Assembly: GCA_964423055.1 (NCBI GenBank)
Contig: CAYRCZ010000004.1
Coordinates: 1,491 to 48,986, forward strand
Direction of reading: 5' to 3'
Length of the DNA stretch: 47,496 nucleotides
DNA from: Candidatus Woesearchaeota archaeon
Lineage (GTDB): Archaea > Nanobdellota > Nanobdellia > Pacearchaeales > GW2011-AR1
In this document: one piece after another, positions 1 through 9,367 of the stretch
Layout: every line of letters starts with the position of its first letter
How positions within the stretch are numbered: position 1 is the stretch's first letter
The notes under the pieces: generated by a model
Databases searched by the model: none
The model's input: only the letters and a program-made list of their open reading frames with translations
Told to the model about the DNA's origin: nothing
Program-made: the position numbers and the translations under genes

Positions 1-43
1 CAGTTTCCTTACGGATCTCCAGGTTCGATTCCTGGTCAGGGCG
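1..43 (+). tRNA. 3' part of a tRNA truncated by the window edge. Identity cannot be determined. The long stretch before the T-arm and discriminator G hint at a class II, Ser-like tRNA.
   Basis: T-arm CCAGG-TTCGATT-CCTGG at 19-35. Acceptor 3' strand TCAGGGC at 36-42, discriminator G43. GC-rich island in AT-rich DNA. Confidence 0.6.
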
Positions 44-49
44 TAAATG

Positions 50-577
50 TCAGGATGTGCGATAAAATTCTCTTTTCATTCTTTTTAATTTTGACATAAC
101 TCTATGTTTAACAATTCTTTTTACACCTGGAATTTTTAATAAACTATCATCGTCAAATAAGACTGAACCAAAATCAATTATTGCAGGTTTTCCTTCAGGA
201 GTTATTAAGAAATCTTGTTTGCTTCCAACCCTGTAAACTCCTCTTGAATTACATTGCATTACTAAGCCTTCAAGTGCTTTAAAATATCCAAATGGTAATT
301 CTTCTTTTTCATATTTTCCTAAATGTTTTCCTTGAACATAACGAGTAACCATCTTGTTCTTTTCTAAACTACATGAGAATCTTTGAATTCCTTCCAAGCC
401 TTCTAGTAGTTTAAGGGCTTTAATTTCCCTACTTACAATTTCTTCAGGATTATATTTTAGAAGTCTGCAGAAACCTTCATTTTTCCCAAATACTTTCTTC
501 ACAACTAAATCTCCTGTTCTAACTACCCTTACGCCTTCATCTTCTTTTAAGACTAATCCTTCTATATGGTTTTCCAT
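50..577 (-). CDS. Small atypical protein-kinase-fold protein (Bud32/RIO/lipopolysaccharide-kinase-like), with divergent catalytic loop.
   Basis: 175-aa ORF with ATG start. VVKKVF (beta3 Lys-like), EIKALKLL helix, TRYVQGKHL hinge-like segment and IIDFGS (DFG-like). No canonical HGDL loop is visible. Confidence 0.45.
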   Translation of the reverse strand: MENHIEGLVLKEDEGVRVVRTGDLVVKKVFGKNEGFCRLLKYNPEEIVSREIKALKLLEGLEGIQRFSCSLEKNKMVTRYVQGKHLGKYEKEELPFGYFKALEGLVMQCNSRGVYRVGSKQDFLITPEGKPAIIDFGSVLFDDDSLLKIPGVKRIVKHRVMSKLKRMKREFYRTS

Positions 578-652
578 ATAATTTTTGTTTTTTAAGGGTA
601 TATAAACTACTCTATTGACAAGGTATAAATATCCTTGAGGGTTCTTTTTTGC

Positions 653-838
653 ATGAGAAGTTCGTGGTTACTGGGTGCTTTGGTTTGTTTTGTAATTGGT
701 ATTGCTTTAACTAAGACTATTATTGGAGCAGTTATTGGAATTCCTTTGATATTATTGAGCTTACTATTTTTAATTTTAGGAATAATTTTTCCTGAACCTA
801 GATCTAAAGTAATAGTTCACCATCATCATAAAAAATGA
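653..838 (+). CDS. Small membrane protein with C-terminal His-rich tail (HHHHKK).
   Basis: The track ORF 635-838 starts at TTG. ATG at 653 lies about 25 nt downstream of TATA-like ggtataaata. Two hydrophobic helices. Stop overlaps the next ATG (ATGA at 835-838). Confidence 0.5.
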   Translation: MRSSWLLGALVCFVIGIALTKTIIGAVIGIPLILLSLLFLILGIIFPEPRSKVIVHHHHKK

Positions 839-1305
839 GCAAGATAGTTCCTTGTTTATGGTTTGATAGTCAAGGCGAAGAAGCTGTCGAGTTTTATAAA
901 ACTGTTTTCAAAGATGTTAAGGTTCTAGGAGTTTCTAAATATGTTTCTGAAACTCCTTCAAATAAACCTGAGGGGAGTATAATGACTATTGATTTTGAAA
1001 TTAACGGGAACAAATTTATGGCGTTGAACGGAGGGCCTTACTTTAAATTTAATGAAGCGGTTAGCTTTGTGATATATTGTAAGGATCAAAAAGAAATAGA
1101 TTATTATTATGATAGGCTATCTGCTGTTCCAGAGTCTGAAATGTGTGGTTGGTTGAAAGATAAATTCGGGATTTCTTGGCAACTTGTTACTGAAGGCTTT
1201 GAGAAATTAACTACTGGTAAAAATGCTAAGAAAGTAATGGATGAATTATTGAAAATGAAAAGGCTGGACATTAACAAATTGAAAGCAATCCATGAAAGAA
1301 AATAA
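835..1305 (+). CDS. VOC/glyoxalase-superfamily protein (PhnB / 3-demethylubiquinone-9 methyltransferase-domain type).
   Basis: Family-typical N-terminus KIVPCLWFDSQGEEAVEFYKTVF, then FMALNGGP and CGWLKDKFGISWQLV. Confidence 0.8.
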   Translation: MSKIVPCLWFDSQGEEAVEFYKTVFKDVKVLGVSKYVSETPSNKPEGSIMTIDFEINGNKFMALNGGPYFKFNEAVSFVIYCKDQKEIDYYYDRLSAVPESEMCGWLKDKFGISWQLVTEGFEKLTTGKNAKKVMDELLKMKRLDINKLKAIHERK

Positions 1306-1315
1306 TTGTATTTTC

Positions 1316-1891
1316 TTAATTTTGTAGAATTTTTATTGCTTCTTTCCATCCATTTACTCTAGTTATGTTTTCGTGTTCAAAATTTTTATTCCAAGGGTTG
1401 TCGAATAAAATTACTTTTATTCCTGCTTTGGCGCACTCCAAGGCATTCTTTCCAGAATCTTCGATCATTATTTCTATGTCTAGTTCTTTACAAATTTGAA
1501 ATTTTTTTAGGTGTTGTTCTGGCTTGAAATCTCTTGTCGTGATTACTTCTATTCTTTTGCCTCTAAAATGATGTTCAATAAAATCTTCTACTTTGTGTTT
1601 GAATCTTGGATGTCTTGCAGTTATGATCCACAACTTATCTCCATTGTGTAATATTTTGAAAATGGACTCTATTGCATTTTCAATAGGCTTAGTTGTTTCT
1701 ACTTCTTGACGCTCATGAAATTCATTGATTAATTCCATTGCCTCTTCTTTAGGGATATTCCAGTTTACCCACAAGTCATATTCTATTAGTTCATCTAAAG
1801 TATGATTTTTTCCTTTTTTACTATTGTAAAACTCTAATAGTTGTTCAAAGAGATGGGCAATTACATCATCAAAATCTAGTCCTATTTTCAT
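1316..1891 (-). CDS. HAD-superfamily hydrolase, 5'(3')-deoxyribonucleotidase (NT5C)-like.
   Basis: N-terminal DxDxV motif (GLDFDDVI). Size of 191 aa and C-terminal IEDS acidic motif fit the family. Confidence 0.7.
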   Translation of the reverse strand: MKIGLDFDDVIAHLFEQLLEFYNSKKGKNHTLDELIEYDLWVNWNIPKEEAMELINEFHERQEVETTKPIENAIESIFKILHNGDKLWIITARHPRFKHKVEDFIEHHFRGKRIEVITTRDFKPEQHLKKFQICKELDIEIMIEDSGKNALECAKAGIKVILFDNPWNKNFEHENITRVNGWKEAIKILQN

Positions 1892-1969
1892 TTAAATTTC
1901 ATTTACATGGTTATTTTATAATCTTTTAGATTATAGTTAGTTTATATACTCTTAATTACATGTTATCTT

Positions 1970-2122
1970 ATGGCTAAGCAGAAATGTTTTGATTGTAAGA
2001 AAGAATTTGAGTCTACCTCAAACGCTAGGTTTCCTAGGAAATATTGTCCTAAGTGTAGTGCTAAAAAGAAAAAGATGTGGGAAAATCAGTGGAAAGTTAA
2101 GTTTGAAGATTTAGATGATTAA
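1970..2122 (+). CDS. Small zinc-ribbon protein (50 aa), absent from the ORF track.
   Basis: ATG at 1970, TAA at 2120-2122. MAKQKCFDCKK...KYCPKCSAKKKK has two CxxC pairs. TATA-like tttatatact at 1941-1950 lies about 25 nt upstream. Confidence 0.55.
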   Translation: MAKQKCFDCKKEFESTSNARFPRKYCPKCSAKKKKMWENQWKVKFEDLDD

Positions 2123-2125
2123 TTT

Positions 2126-2473
2126 TTAGTGGTTGTGTTCTCCATATCCCCAAGATTCAAACCAGTTGTGCATTTGGTTTATTTCAGTATTTTGAGCTTC
2201 AATTATTGCTTTAGCTAGATTCTTTAATTCTTGATGTTCTGCGTTTTCTAAAGCTAGCTGTGCCATTTCAACAGCTCCTTGATGGTGGGGAATCATATGT
2301 TCAATAAATGCTTTATCGAATTCATCGCCTTTTTTGCCTTCTAATGCACTAACCATATCAGACATAGTCATATCTTCATGAGATGTTTTTTGTCCCGTAG
2401 ATATGCTTGCTCCCAAGAAGATTATTATTGCAACTAGAAATCCTATAATTATGTATAGGTATTCTTTTTTCAT
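2126..2473 (-). CDS. DUF305-family four-helix-bundle (metal/copper-binding type) protein with N-terminal membrane anchor.
   Basis: FDKAFIEHMIPHHQGAVEMAQ and LAKAIIEAQNTEI are the repeated DUF305 signature. N-terminal TM helix. Confidence 0.8.
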   Translation of the reverse strand: MKKEYLYIIIGFLVAIIIFLGASISTGQKTSHEDMTMSDMVSALEGKKGDEFDKAFIEHMIPHHQGAVEMAQLALENAEHQELKNLAKAIIEAQNTEINQMHNWFESWGYGEHNH

Positions 2474-2523
2474 ATTTGGACTTATTTAGTAATATATAAA
2501 AAGCCTTCCTTTCTTTTAATGTT

Positions 2524-2889
2524 ATGAGTAAAAAAGGAATCAAGATTACTTATTGGATTACAACTGTATTATTCGTAGCATTCATGCTTTTTGGTGCGAT
2601 TGGTAGTTTAAGTGGTTCTGAAGGTGGAGTGGCTGTAATGGAAGCACTTGGATACCCTCTTTACTTGAATATAATTCTTGGAATCGCTAAGATTCTTGGT
2701 TCTGTTGCTTTAATACAAACAAAGTGGTATGTTATCAAAGAGTGGGCTTATGCAGGTTTTGCATTTGATATTATTGGTGCTGGAATGTCATTTGTACTTG
2801 CCGGAATGGGTCTCGCAATGTTAATTGTTCCTTTGATAACTTTAGCAGTAATGTTTGTTTCATATGCTGCTTGGAAAAGATTATATTGA
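2524..2889 (+). CDS. DoxX-like small integral membrane protein.
   Basis: 121 aa with four predicted TM helices and DoxX-like topology and composition. Confidence 0.5.
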   Translation: MSKKGIKITYWITTVLFVAFMLFGAIGSLSGSEGGVAVMEALGYPLYLNIILGIAKILGSVALIQTKWYVIKEWAYAGFAFDIIGAGMSFVLAGMGLAMLIVPLITLAVMFVSYAAWKRLY

Positions 2890-2936
2890 ATTTTTTACTT
2901 GAATAAGTTTATATATCTAGTTTTTTATTTTTCGTT

Positions 2937-3398
2937 ATGAACCGAGCATTTCTAGCAGTTTTGATAGTGATTTTAGGAATAGGTCTAACTTCATTTATTA
3001 GATTGTCTACTCCAAACTTTGATTCTGAATCAATTGATGCTCAGAATGACGATGGTTTGTTACATGATTTGTTTGATGATAATGGTGGAGACAAAAATAG
3101 CGAAAATGATAACACTAATACTTTGAGTTCTGAACCTACTACAGGTAAAGTTAGTTTAGCTACACTGGCAAAACATAATAAACAGAGTGATTGTTGGGTT
3201 GCATATGATGGTAAGGTATACGATGTCACCTCATTTTTACCTAAACACCCTGGAAGTGCTGCAGCTATAAGTCCTCATTGTGGTACTTATGAAGAGTTTA
3301 CTAACGCTTTCGAAGGACAACATGGAAAATCTAAAATTTCAAATCTTATGAGAGTTGGAACTCTTATGGGTGACTTTGAAATTCAGGGGGCAATATAA
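2937..3398 (+). CDS. Membrane-anchored cytochrome b5-like heme-binding domain protein.
   Basis: N-terminal TM helix, acidic linker, then HNKQSDCWVAYDGKVYDVTSFLPKHPGS...FEGQHG. Both b5-type axial His positions are present. Confidence 0.75.
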   Translation: MNRAFLAVLIVILGIGLTSFIRLSTPNFDSESIDAQNDDGLLHDLFDDNGGDKNSENDNTNTLSSEPTTGKVSLATLAKHNKQSDCWVAYDGKVYDVTSFLPKHPGSAAAISPHCGTYEEFTNAFEGQHGKSKISNLMRVGTLMGDFEIQGAI

Positions 3399-3787
3399 TG
3401 CATTCTAATGAAATAGGTAAAATTATTTTAAGAGTTTCTTTAGCTCTTGTTTTTCTTTATTTCGGGATTATGCAAATAAGGGACCCTGGTGCTTGGTCAG
3501 GATTTGTTCCTGATAGATTCCACATTTCTGGAATATCTGCAAACAATATTGTAATCTTTAATGGATTTATGGAAATAGTATTAGGTACTTTTCTAATTGT
3601 AGGGTTATATGTTAGATTTGCTGCTCTTGTAATGTCTTTACATTTATTCGGAATCGCTTTTTCAATTGGATTTAGTCCTCTAGGAATAAGGGATTTTGGT
3701 TTAGCTTTTGCAACGCTTGCTTTATTCTTTATAGGGGTGGATAGATATACAGTAGATAATAAATTTGCTAAGAAGAAATCTAATTAA
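3398..3787 (+). CDS. DoxX-family membrane protein.
   Basis: LRVSLALVFLYFGIMQI N-terminal DoxX signature and four TM helices. Start overlaps the upstream stop (TAATG). Confidence 0.65.
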   Translation: MHSNEIGKIILRVSLALVFLYFGIMQIRDPGAWSGFVPDRFHISGISANNIVIFNGFMEIVLGTFLIVGLYVRFAALVMSLHLFGIAFSIGFSPLGIRDFGLAFATLALFFIGVDRYTVDNKFAKKKSN

Positions 3788-4823
3788 TTAGATTTTGTAT
3801 TTTTTCTACTAAGTTTGGTTGTATATAGTGATGTATTGTTACAGTGTAACTATTTTTCCATTCTTCAGATTTTTTATCATATCTTTTATGTCCTAATTTT
3901 TCAGCAATTCCTGTAAATAATTCTTTTACTTCTTCTTTTGTGGCATTTTTATGCAATTTTAGAAAATCTTTTGCTTTTTTTGTAGCATAATAAGATCTGA
4001 CTATATGTGGGTAGAAAGTTTGCCCACAATATTTTTGAAATGCTTTCATGAAATCTGTATCTTTAAGAGGCCTATTTTCGTTATTTGTGAATACAAAATC
4101 TTCACTTTTTTTAGGACTTATTTTTTGTTTTAGTAATTTTATATAATTTTCTGGAAACTCTTCAATTATATTCATTGGAACACCAGACTTAGCTATGTAA
4201 TTAAATTGAACTTTGTTTTTTTCTATTTTGATGTCTTTTTTCTTTAGAGTTGTTAATCCTTTGTGCCCTGTTTCTTTAAAATGAATTTCATTTCCAACAC
4301 GCATGTATGTTTTTAGTAAGGTGTAAAGTGGTAGTGCATAGATATCTTCTTTATTGTTAAGATTTTGAATTACTGATTTTTGTAGTTTATTATATAAGCC
4401 TTCAAATAGTTCTACTTTTTTATATTTGTTTTTTACTGCTTTATCTTTTTTACTTAAGGTATAAAGGTACGCATATTTTCCATTTGGATTTTTATAGATT
4501 ATATCCCAATGATCATGAGATTCTTCATCATGGATTGTTAGGTCTTCGGCTAATAACGAATATGCCTTGTCTAGTTTTTTTCCGTTTGGTAAAATGTTCA
4601 ACCTTGCCCCTTGAACTTTTCCTTTGAATAACTGCCCTTTAAGAAAATTTGGATTTTTTTGATCAATTAAGTCTTGAAATTTGTTATGCGCCTTGAATAA
4701 AGATATTACCTTTAATGCAGATGGAAATTCTTTATTTGAAATTTTCCACTTATTATTTGAAAATTCATATGTTTTGAGATCTTTTCCTATTCTTATTGTT
4801 CCCCTAGATATCTCACCACTCAT
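3780..4823 (-). CDS. DNA topoisomerase IB (poxvirus/bacterial short type).
   Basis: RVGNEIHFKETGHKGLTTLKKKDI...VQFNYIAKSGV matches the RVGNE..Y...GLTTL...F.F.GKSG core. Also IVRSYYATK (Arg), LGHK (His) and HHYIQP (candidate catalytic Tyr). Confidence 0.7.
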   Translation of the reverse strand: MSGEISRGTIRIGKDLKTYEFSNNKWKISNKEFPSALKVISLFKAHNKFQDLIDQKNPNFLKGQLFKGKVQGARLNILPNGKKLDKAYSLLAEDLTIHDEESHDHWDIIYKNPNGKYAYLYTLSKKDKAVKNKYKKVELFEGLYNKLQKSVIQNLNNKEDIYALPLYTLLKTYMRVGNEIHFKETGHKGLTTLKKKDIKIEKNKVQFNYIAKSGVPMNIIEEFPENYIKLLKQKISPKKSEDFVFTNNENRPLKDTDFMKAFQKYCGQTFYPHIVRSYYATKKAKDFLKLHKNATKEEVKELFTGIAEKLGHKRYDKKSEEWKNSYTVTIHHYIQPNLVEKIQNLIN

Positions 4824-4894
4824 GATTTAATATTGCTTTTATTGTTTATATAACTAACACTCTTCTTTAAAAAGGGCATTTTATTGATGAATAT

Positions 4895-6199
4895 ATGAAT
4901 GAATTTGACAACTTAGGATTAAGTGCAGGTTTAGTCAAGGCACTGGAAGACGCTGGAATAACAAGCCCTACAGACGTACAGGCAAAAGCAATTCCATTAG
5001 TTCTTGAAGGCAAAGATGTTTTGGGAAGTTCTGCTACTGGGTCTGGTAAGACAATTGCATTTGGAGCTGGAATTATCGAGAAGATTAATTCGGGACAAGG
5101 TATTCAAGCTCTTATTTTGACACCTACTCGCGAACTTGCTGAACAAATAGGAAAAAATCTTTCAAGATATTCTAAACATGTAGGTCTTAGAGTTTTAGAG
5201 ATATATGGTGGAGTTTCAATTGAACCTCAAAAACATGCTCTACGTACTGCTGATATTGTTGTTGGAACTCCTGGAAGAGTACTTGACCACTTAAGAAATG
5301 CTAGTCTTGATTTAAGCAAAATTAAGTTTTTAGTTTTAGACGAAGCAGACAGAATGCTTGACATGGGTTTCATTGATGATGTGGTTACAATAATTGATCA
5401 ATGTCCTAAGGAAAGACAAACTCTACTATTTTCAGCTACAATTTCTTCAGATATATCAAGAATTGCTAAACATTATATGAAAGAACCTGTTTATGTGGAA
5501 TCTGAAAATCAAGTGGATCCTACCAAATTGCATCAGATTTATTATGATACTCCTTCTAACTTAAAATTCTCTTTACTTGTCCATCTGCTTAAGAATGAAA
5601 AGCCAGGACTTGTTATGGTATTTACAAATACTAGAAGAAATGCAGATTATGTTGTGCACAACTTACAGAGGAATAATATTGATGCAATTGCCATTCATGG
5701 GGGACTTGCACAAAATAAAAGAAGTAGAATTATGGAGCAATTTCATTCTTCTAAAGCTTTGATCTTAGTTTGTACTGATGTTGCTGCTAGGGGACTTGAT
5801 ATAAAGAATGTTTCACACGTTTACAATTTTGATGTTCCTAAGACAAGTACGGATTATATTCATAGAATAGGAAGAACCGCTAGGGCTGGAAAAGATGGTA
5901 TTGCAATTACAATTGTAGCTCAACGCGATTATGATAATTTTAGAAATGTTTTAAGAGATCCTGCAATAACAATCAAACAAGAGTCTATGCCCGAAGTTCA
6001 ACCTGTAGCTGTTAGGTTTACAGAAAGACCAGCAGACAGAGATAACCGTGGACGTCTTACCTTTGGAGGACGAGGACGTGGATTTGGCGGAAGACGTGAT
6101 CATGGAGATTCAAGGGAAGGTAGAAGAGATGGTGGCCGCGGAGATTCTAGAAGTAGGGATTCAAGAGGCGGAAGTAGATTTGGCGGAAGAAGATATTAA
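4895..6199 (+). CDS. DEAD-box ATP-dependent RNA helicase with C-terminal RGG/RD-rich tail.
   Basis: Q motif (TSPTDVQ), SATGSGKT, PTRELA, TPGR, DEAD, SAT and HRIGRTARAG. The last 57 aa are Arg/Gly/Asp/Ser-rich. Confidence 0.9.
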   Translation: MNEFDNLGLSAGLVKALEDAGITSPTDVQAKAIPLVLEGKDVLGSSATGSGKTIAFGAGIIEKINSGQGIQALILTPTRELAEQIGKNLSRYSKHVGLRVLEIYGGVSIEPQKHALRTADIVVGTPGRVLDHLRNASLDLSKIKFLVLDEADRMLDMGFIDDVVTIIDQCPKERQTLLFSATISSDISRIAKHYMKEPVYVESENQVDPTKLHQIYYDTPSNLKFSLLVHLLKNEKPGLVMVFTNTRRNADYVVHNLQRNNIDAIAIHGGLAQNKRSRIMEQFHSSKALILVCTDVAARGLDIKNVSHVYNFDVPKTSTDYIHRIGRTARAGKDGIAITIVAQRDYDNFRNVLRDPAITIKQESMPEVQPVAVRFTERPADRDNRGRLTFGGRGRGFGGRRDHGDSREGRRDGGRGDSRSRDSRGGSRFGGRRY

Positions 6200-6234
6200 A
6201 TTAACTTTAAATATTCTATAAAATTACAATAAAC

Positions 6235-7518
6235 ATGTTTGATATCAAATTCTTACGAGAAAATCCTGATAAGGTTAAAGAGAATATTAAAAAGAAGTTT
6301 AAGACTGATAGATTAAAATTGGTCGATCTTGCACTTGAAAAAGATAAGAAATGGCGAGAACTTAAGGGAGAAGTTGATAATTTACGTGCTGAAAGAAATA
6401 AAATTTCTAAGGAAATTGCAGATGCTAAAAAGGCTGGAAAGGATGCTAAAAAATTATTGAAAGAAGCTGGAGAGATTCCTACTAAAATTGAAGGTTTAGA
6501 AAAGAAAATGTATTCTCTTGAAGAAGAAATTTCAGAGATTTTAAGTAAGATTCCTAACATGATGCATGAATCTGTTGCTCTAGGCAAAGATGATTCTGAA
6601 AATGTAACTATGCGTAAAATAGGTAAACCTAAAGACTTTAGTTTTGAAGTTAAGAGTCATTCAGAAATTGCTGAAAACTTAAATGTTGCAGATTTTGATG
6701 CTTCTGCTAAAACAAGTGGAAATGGATTTTATTATTTACAAGGAGATTTGGCATTACTTAACCAAGCTTTGATTCGGTTTGCTATAGATAAATTAGTAAG
6801 TAAAGGATTTACTTATGTTGAGACTCCTTTGATGCTTAGGTCCTCAGTAATGAATAATGTTACTGCTTTAGATGATATGAAGAACCAGATATACAAAATA
6901 GATGAAGAAGATTTGTATTTAATCGGGACTAGCGAGCACTCTTTAATTGGAAGATACATAGATACTATTTTACTTGAGAAACAATTACCTATGAAATTTA
7001 CTTCATACTCTATGTGTTTTAGAAAAGAAATTGGTTCCCATGGGATAGATGAAAAGGGTTTATACAGAAGCCATCAATTCAATAAAGTGGAAATGGTTGT
7101 TATTTGTAAACCTCAAGAATCTATGAAGTTTTTCGAAGAATTACAATCTGTTACTGTTGAAATATTTAGAGATTTAGACATCCCTATAAGGATACTCGGA
7201 ATATGTTCAGGAGATTTAGGTGACTTGAAACATGTTCAAGTAGATATTGAGGCTTGGTCTCCTAGGAAGAAAACTTATTTTGAAGTGGGGTCTTGTTCTA
7301 ATTTAACTGATGCTCAAGCTCGTAAACTTAAGATTAGAGTTGACTCCGGAAATAAGGATAAATATGTCCCTCACACTTTGAATAATACTGCTATTGCTAC
7401 ATCTCGTGCAATGGTCGCAATCCTTGAGAATTATCAAAATAAAGATGGAAGTGTCGATATTCCTAAGGCTTTGTTACCTTACATGCACGGCAAGAAAGTC
7501 ATTGGTGCGAAGAAGTAA
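6235..7518 (+). CDS. serS: Seryl-tRNA synthetase.
   Basis: N-terminal coiled-coil arm and class II motifs (CFRKEIGSHG, GSCSNLTDAQARKL, NNTAIATSRAMVAILEN). Confidence 0.95.
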   Translation: MFDIKFLRENPDKVKENIKKKFKTDRLKLVDLALEKDKKWRELKGEVDNLRAERNKISKEIADAKKAGKDAKKLLKEAGEIPTKIEGLEKKMYSLEEEISEILSKIPNMMHESVALGKDDSENVTMRKIGKPKDFSFEVKSHSEIAENLNVADFDASAKTSGNGFYYLQGDLALLNQALIRFAIDKLVSKGFTYVETPLMLRSSVMNNVTALDDMKNQIYKIDEEDLYLIGTSEHSLIGRYIDTILLEKQLPMKFTSYSMCFRKEIGSHGIDEKGLYRSHQFNKVEMVVICKPQESMKFFEELQSVTVEIFRDLDIPIRILGICSGDLGDLKHVQVDIEAWSPRKKTYFEVGSCSNLTDAQARKLKIRVDSGNKDKYVPHTLNNTAIATSRAMVAILENYQNKDGSVDIPKALLPYMHGKKVIGAKK

Positions 7519-7582
7519 TCTGTTAGTATAAGTATTCTTAAAAACTGTATTTTCTGAAATTATGTTCTGAGGTGTATGTATA

Positions 7583-9367
7583 ATGGCTATTATAATTGAT
7601 GAAAGTTTTTCTGATGATGACTTAGATGTTCTTGAAAAAGTTGAACAGAAAAAATTTGGAAGTGCTGATGTTGCTAAACTTAAGGTTGATGCTATCAAGA
7701 TTGAGAAAAATACTGAACTTAATGGTCTTGTATCTTACGATTTGGTTAAGGATAACTTGACTTATAAGTTACCTCATCAGACAGAAGGAGCTTTACATAT
7801 TCTACGTGAAATGAATGGATCTGCATTACTTGCTGATGAGGTTGGACTTGGAAAGACAATCACTACTGGTTTTGTAATCAAAGAATGTCTTACGAGGGGA
7901 TTTGTTTCTAAGGTGTTAATTCTTACACCTCCTTCACTAGTGGATCAATGGGTGGCTGAATTAAATGAAAAGTTTAATATGAATTTTAGTATTATAGAGA
8001 ATGAAGCTGACTGGGATAAATCTGATTTAGTTATAGCTTCTATTGATAAAGTAAAAATATTTGATAAAGAAGCAGGAAAATTTAGGCATTCTCGTGCCCA
8101 CGAAATTGCATGGGATTTATTAATAGTAGATGAAGCTCATAAATTAAAACAAAGAAATACTACGAGATGGAGATTTGTAGATCGTATGCAGAAAAAACGT
8201 TTTCTTTTGTTAACAGCTACCCCATTTCAGAATGATTTAATTGAGCTTTACAATTTACTTCATTTACTTAGAAGGGGGCACCTTGGAACTATCCAAGAAT
8301 TTAGGCAGAAGTTTCTATTTAGGGGAAATAAACGTAAGCCTCTGAACCCTCTAGAACTTCGCCGTAGGTTGCAAGAAGTTATGGTTCGCCGTAGGCGTGA
8401 AGAAACCGGTATAAACTATATGAAAAGAATACCTAAAATAGAGGTAGTCCATTTAACTGCTGAAGAAAAAAAGATATATGATTCTATTTGTGATTTATTG
8501 AAAACTAAGTATTTTTCTGCTAGCGGGGAAGAGTTACGTGGTAAACTAATAATTTATGCAATTTTACCAAAAGTTACTAGTTCTTCTCGCTCAGCTATAG
8601 AATCTTTAACAAAGATTGCAGAAAGCGAAAAGTACCATTCTGAAACAAGGCAAATTGCACAGGACATAATTGAAGCATATTCTAAATTGACTAAGGACTC
8701 TAAGATTGAAAAACTTGTAGAAATTGTGGATAAGGTTTTGAAAGAAGACAAAAATGCTAAAATTTTACTTTATACTAAGCATCCTACTACTTTGAAATAT
8801 ATAATAGAGAAGCTAGAGCCTTATAACCTTAAAATAGTGGAGTTTACAGGGGGACTTACTCGTGAAGAGAAGACTGAAAAGATTGCACAATTCAAAAAAG
8901 ATGCCCAAATAATGATAAGTACAGAAACTGGTGCTGAAGGTCTGAATTTTCAGTTTTGTAATGTTTTGATTAATTATGATTTGCCTTGGAATCCTATGTC
9001 TGTTGAACAAAGAATTGGAAGATTGGACAGAATAGGGCAAACTAGGGACATGCAGATTTACAGTTTAGCTACAAAGGACACTATGGAAGAACATGTTGTT
9101 GACTTGATAATCAACAAAATGTGTTGTATAGGCCTAGTAATAGGAGAATTGCCCACTATATTGTTTAACTTAGGGCTGGACGGTGAAGGAAAAGCAGGGA
9201 TTGCTAAGATAGAGGAGATGTTAATGGACTCTTTCATTGATTCTAAAAATAATTTGGAGATTTTTGCTAAAGATGTTAAGGAGATAAGTAAGATGATTCA
9301 AAAAGGAATTGATGAATATGCTGAAGCCAAAAAAGCTAGCGAGGAGGCATTAGATGGACCAACTTAG
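7583..9367 (+). CDS. SNF2/Rad54-family helicase (compact, 594 aa).
   Basis: LPHQ, ADEVGLGKT, DEAH, LLTATPFQN and QRIGRLDRIGQ. Confidence 0.9.
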   Translation: MAIIIDESFSDDDLDVLEKVEQKKFGSADVAKLKVDAIKIEKNTELNGLVSYDLVKDNLTYKLPHQTEGALHILREMNGSALLADEVGLGKTITTGFVIKECLTRGFVSKVLILTPPSLVDQWVAELNEKFNMNFSIIENEADWDKSDLVIASIDKVKIFDKEAGKFRHSRAHEIAWDLLIVDEAHKLKQRNTTRWRFVDRMQKKRFLLLTATPFQNDLIELYNLLHLLRRGHLGTIQEFRQKFLFRGNKRKPLNPLELRRRLQEVMVRRRREETGINYMKRIPKIEVVHLTAEEKKIYDSICDLLKTKYFSASGEELRGKLIIYAILPKVTSSSRSAIESLTKIAESEKYHSETRQIAQDIIEAYSKLTKDSKIEKLVEIVDKVLKEDKNAKILLYTKHPTTLKYIIEKLEPYNLKIVEFTGGLTREEKTEKIAQFKKDAQIMISTETGAEGLNFQFCNVLINYDLPWNPMSVEQRIGRLDRIGQTRDMQIYSLATKDTMEEHVVDLIINKMCCIGLVIGELPTILFNLGLDGEGKAGIAKIEEMLMDSFIDSKNNLEIFAKDVKEISKMIQKGIDEYAEAKKASEEALDGPT

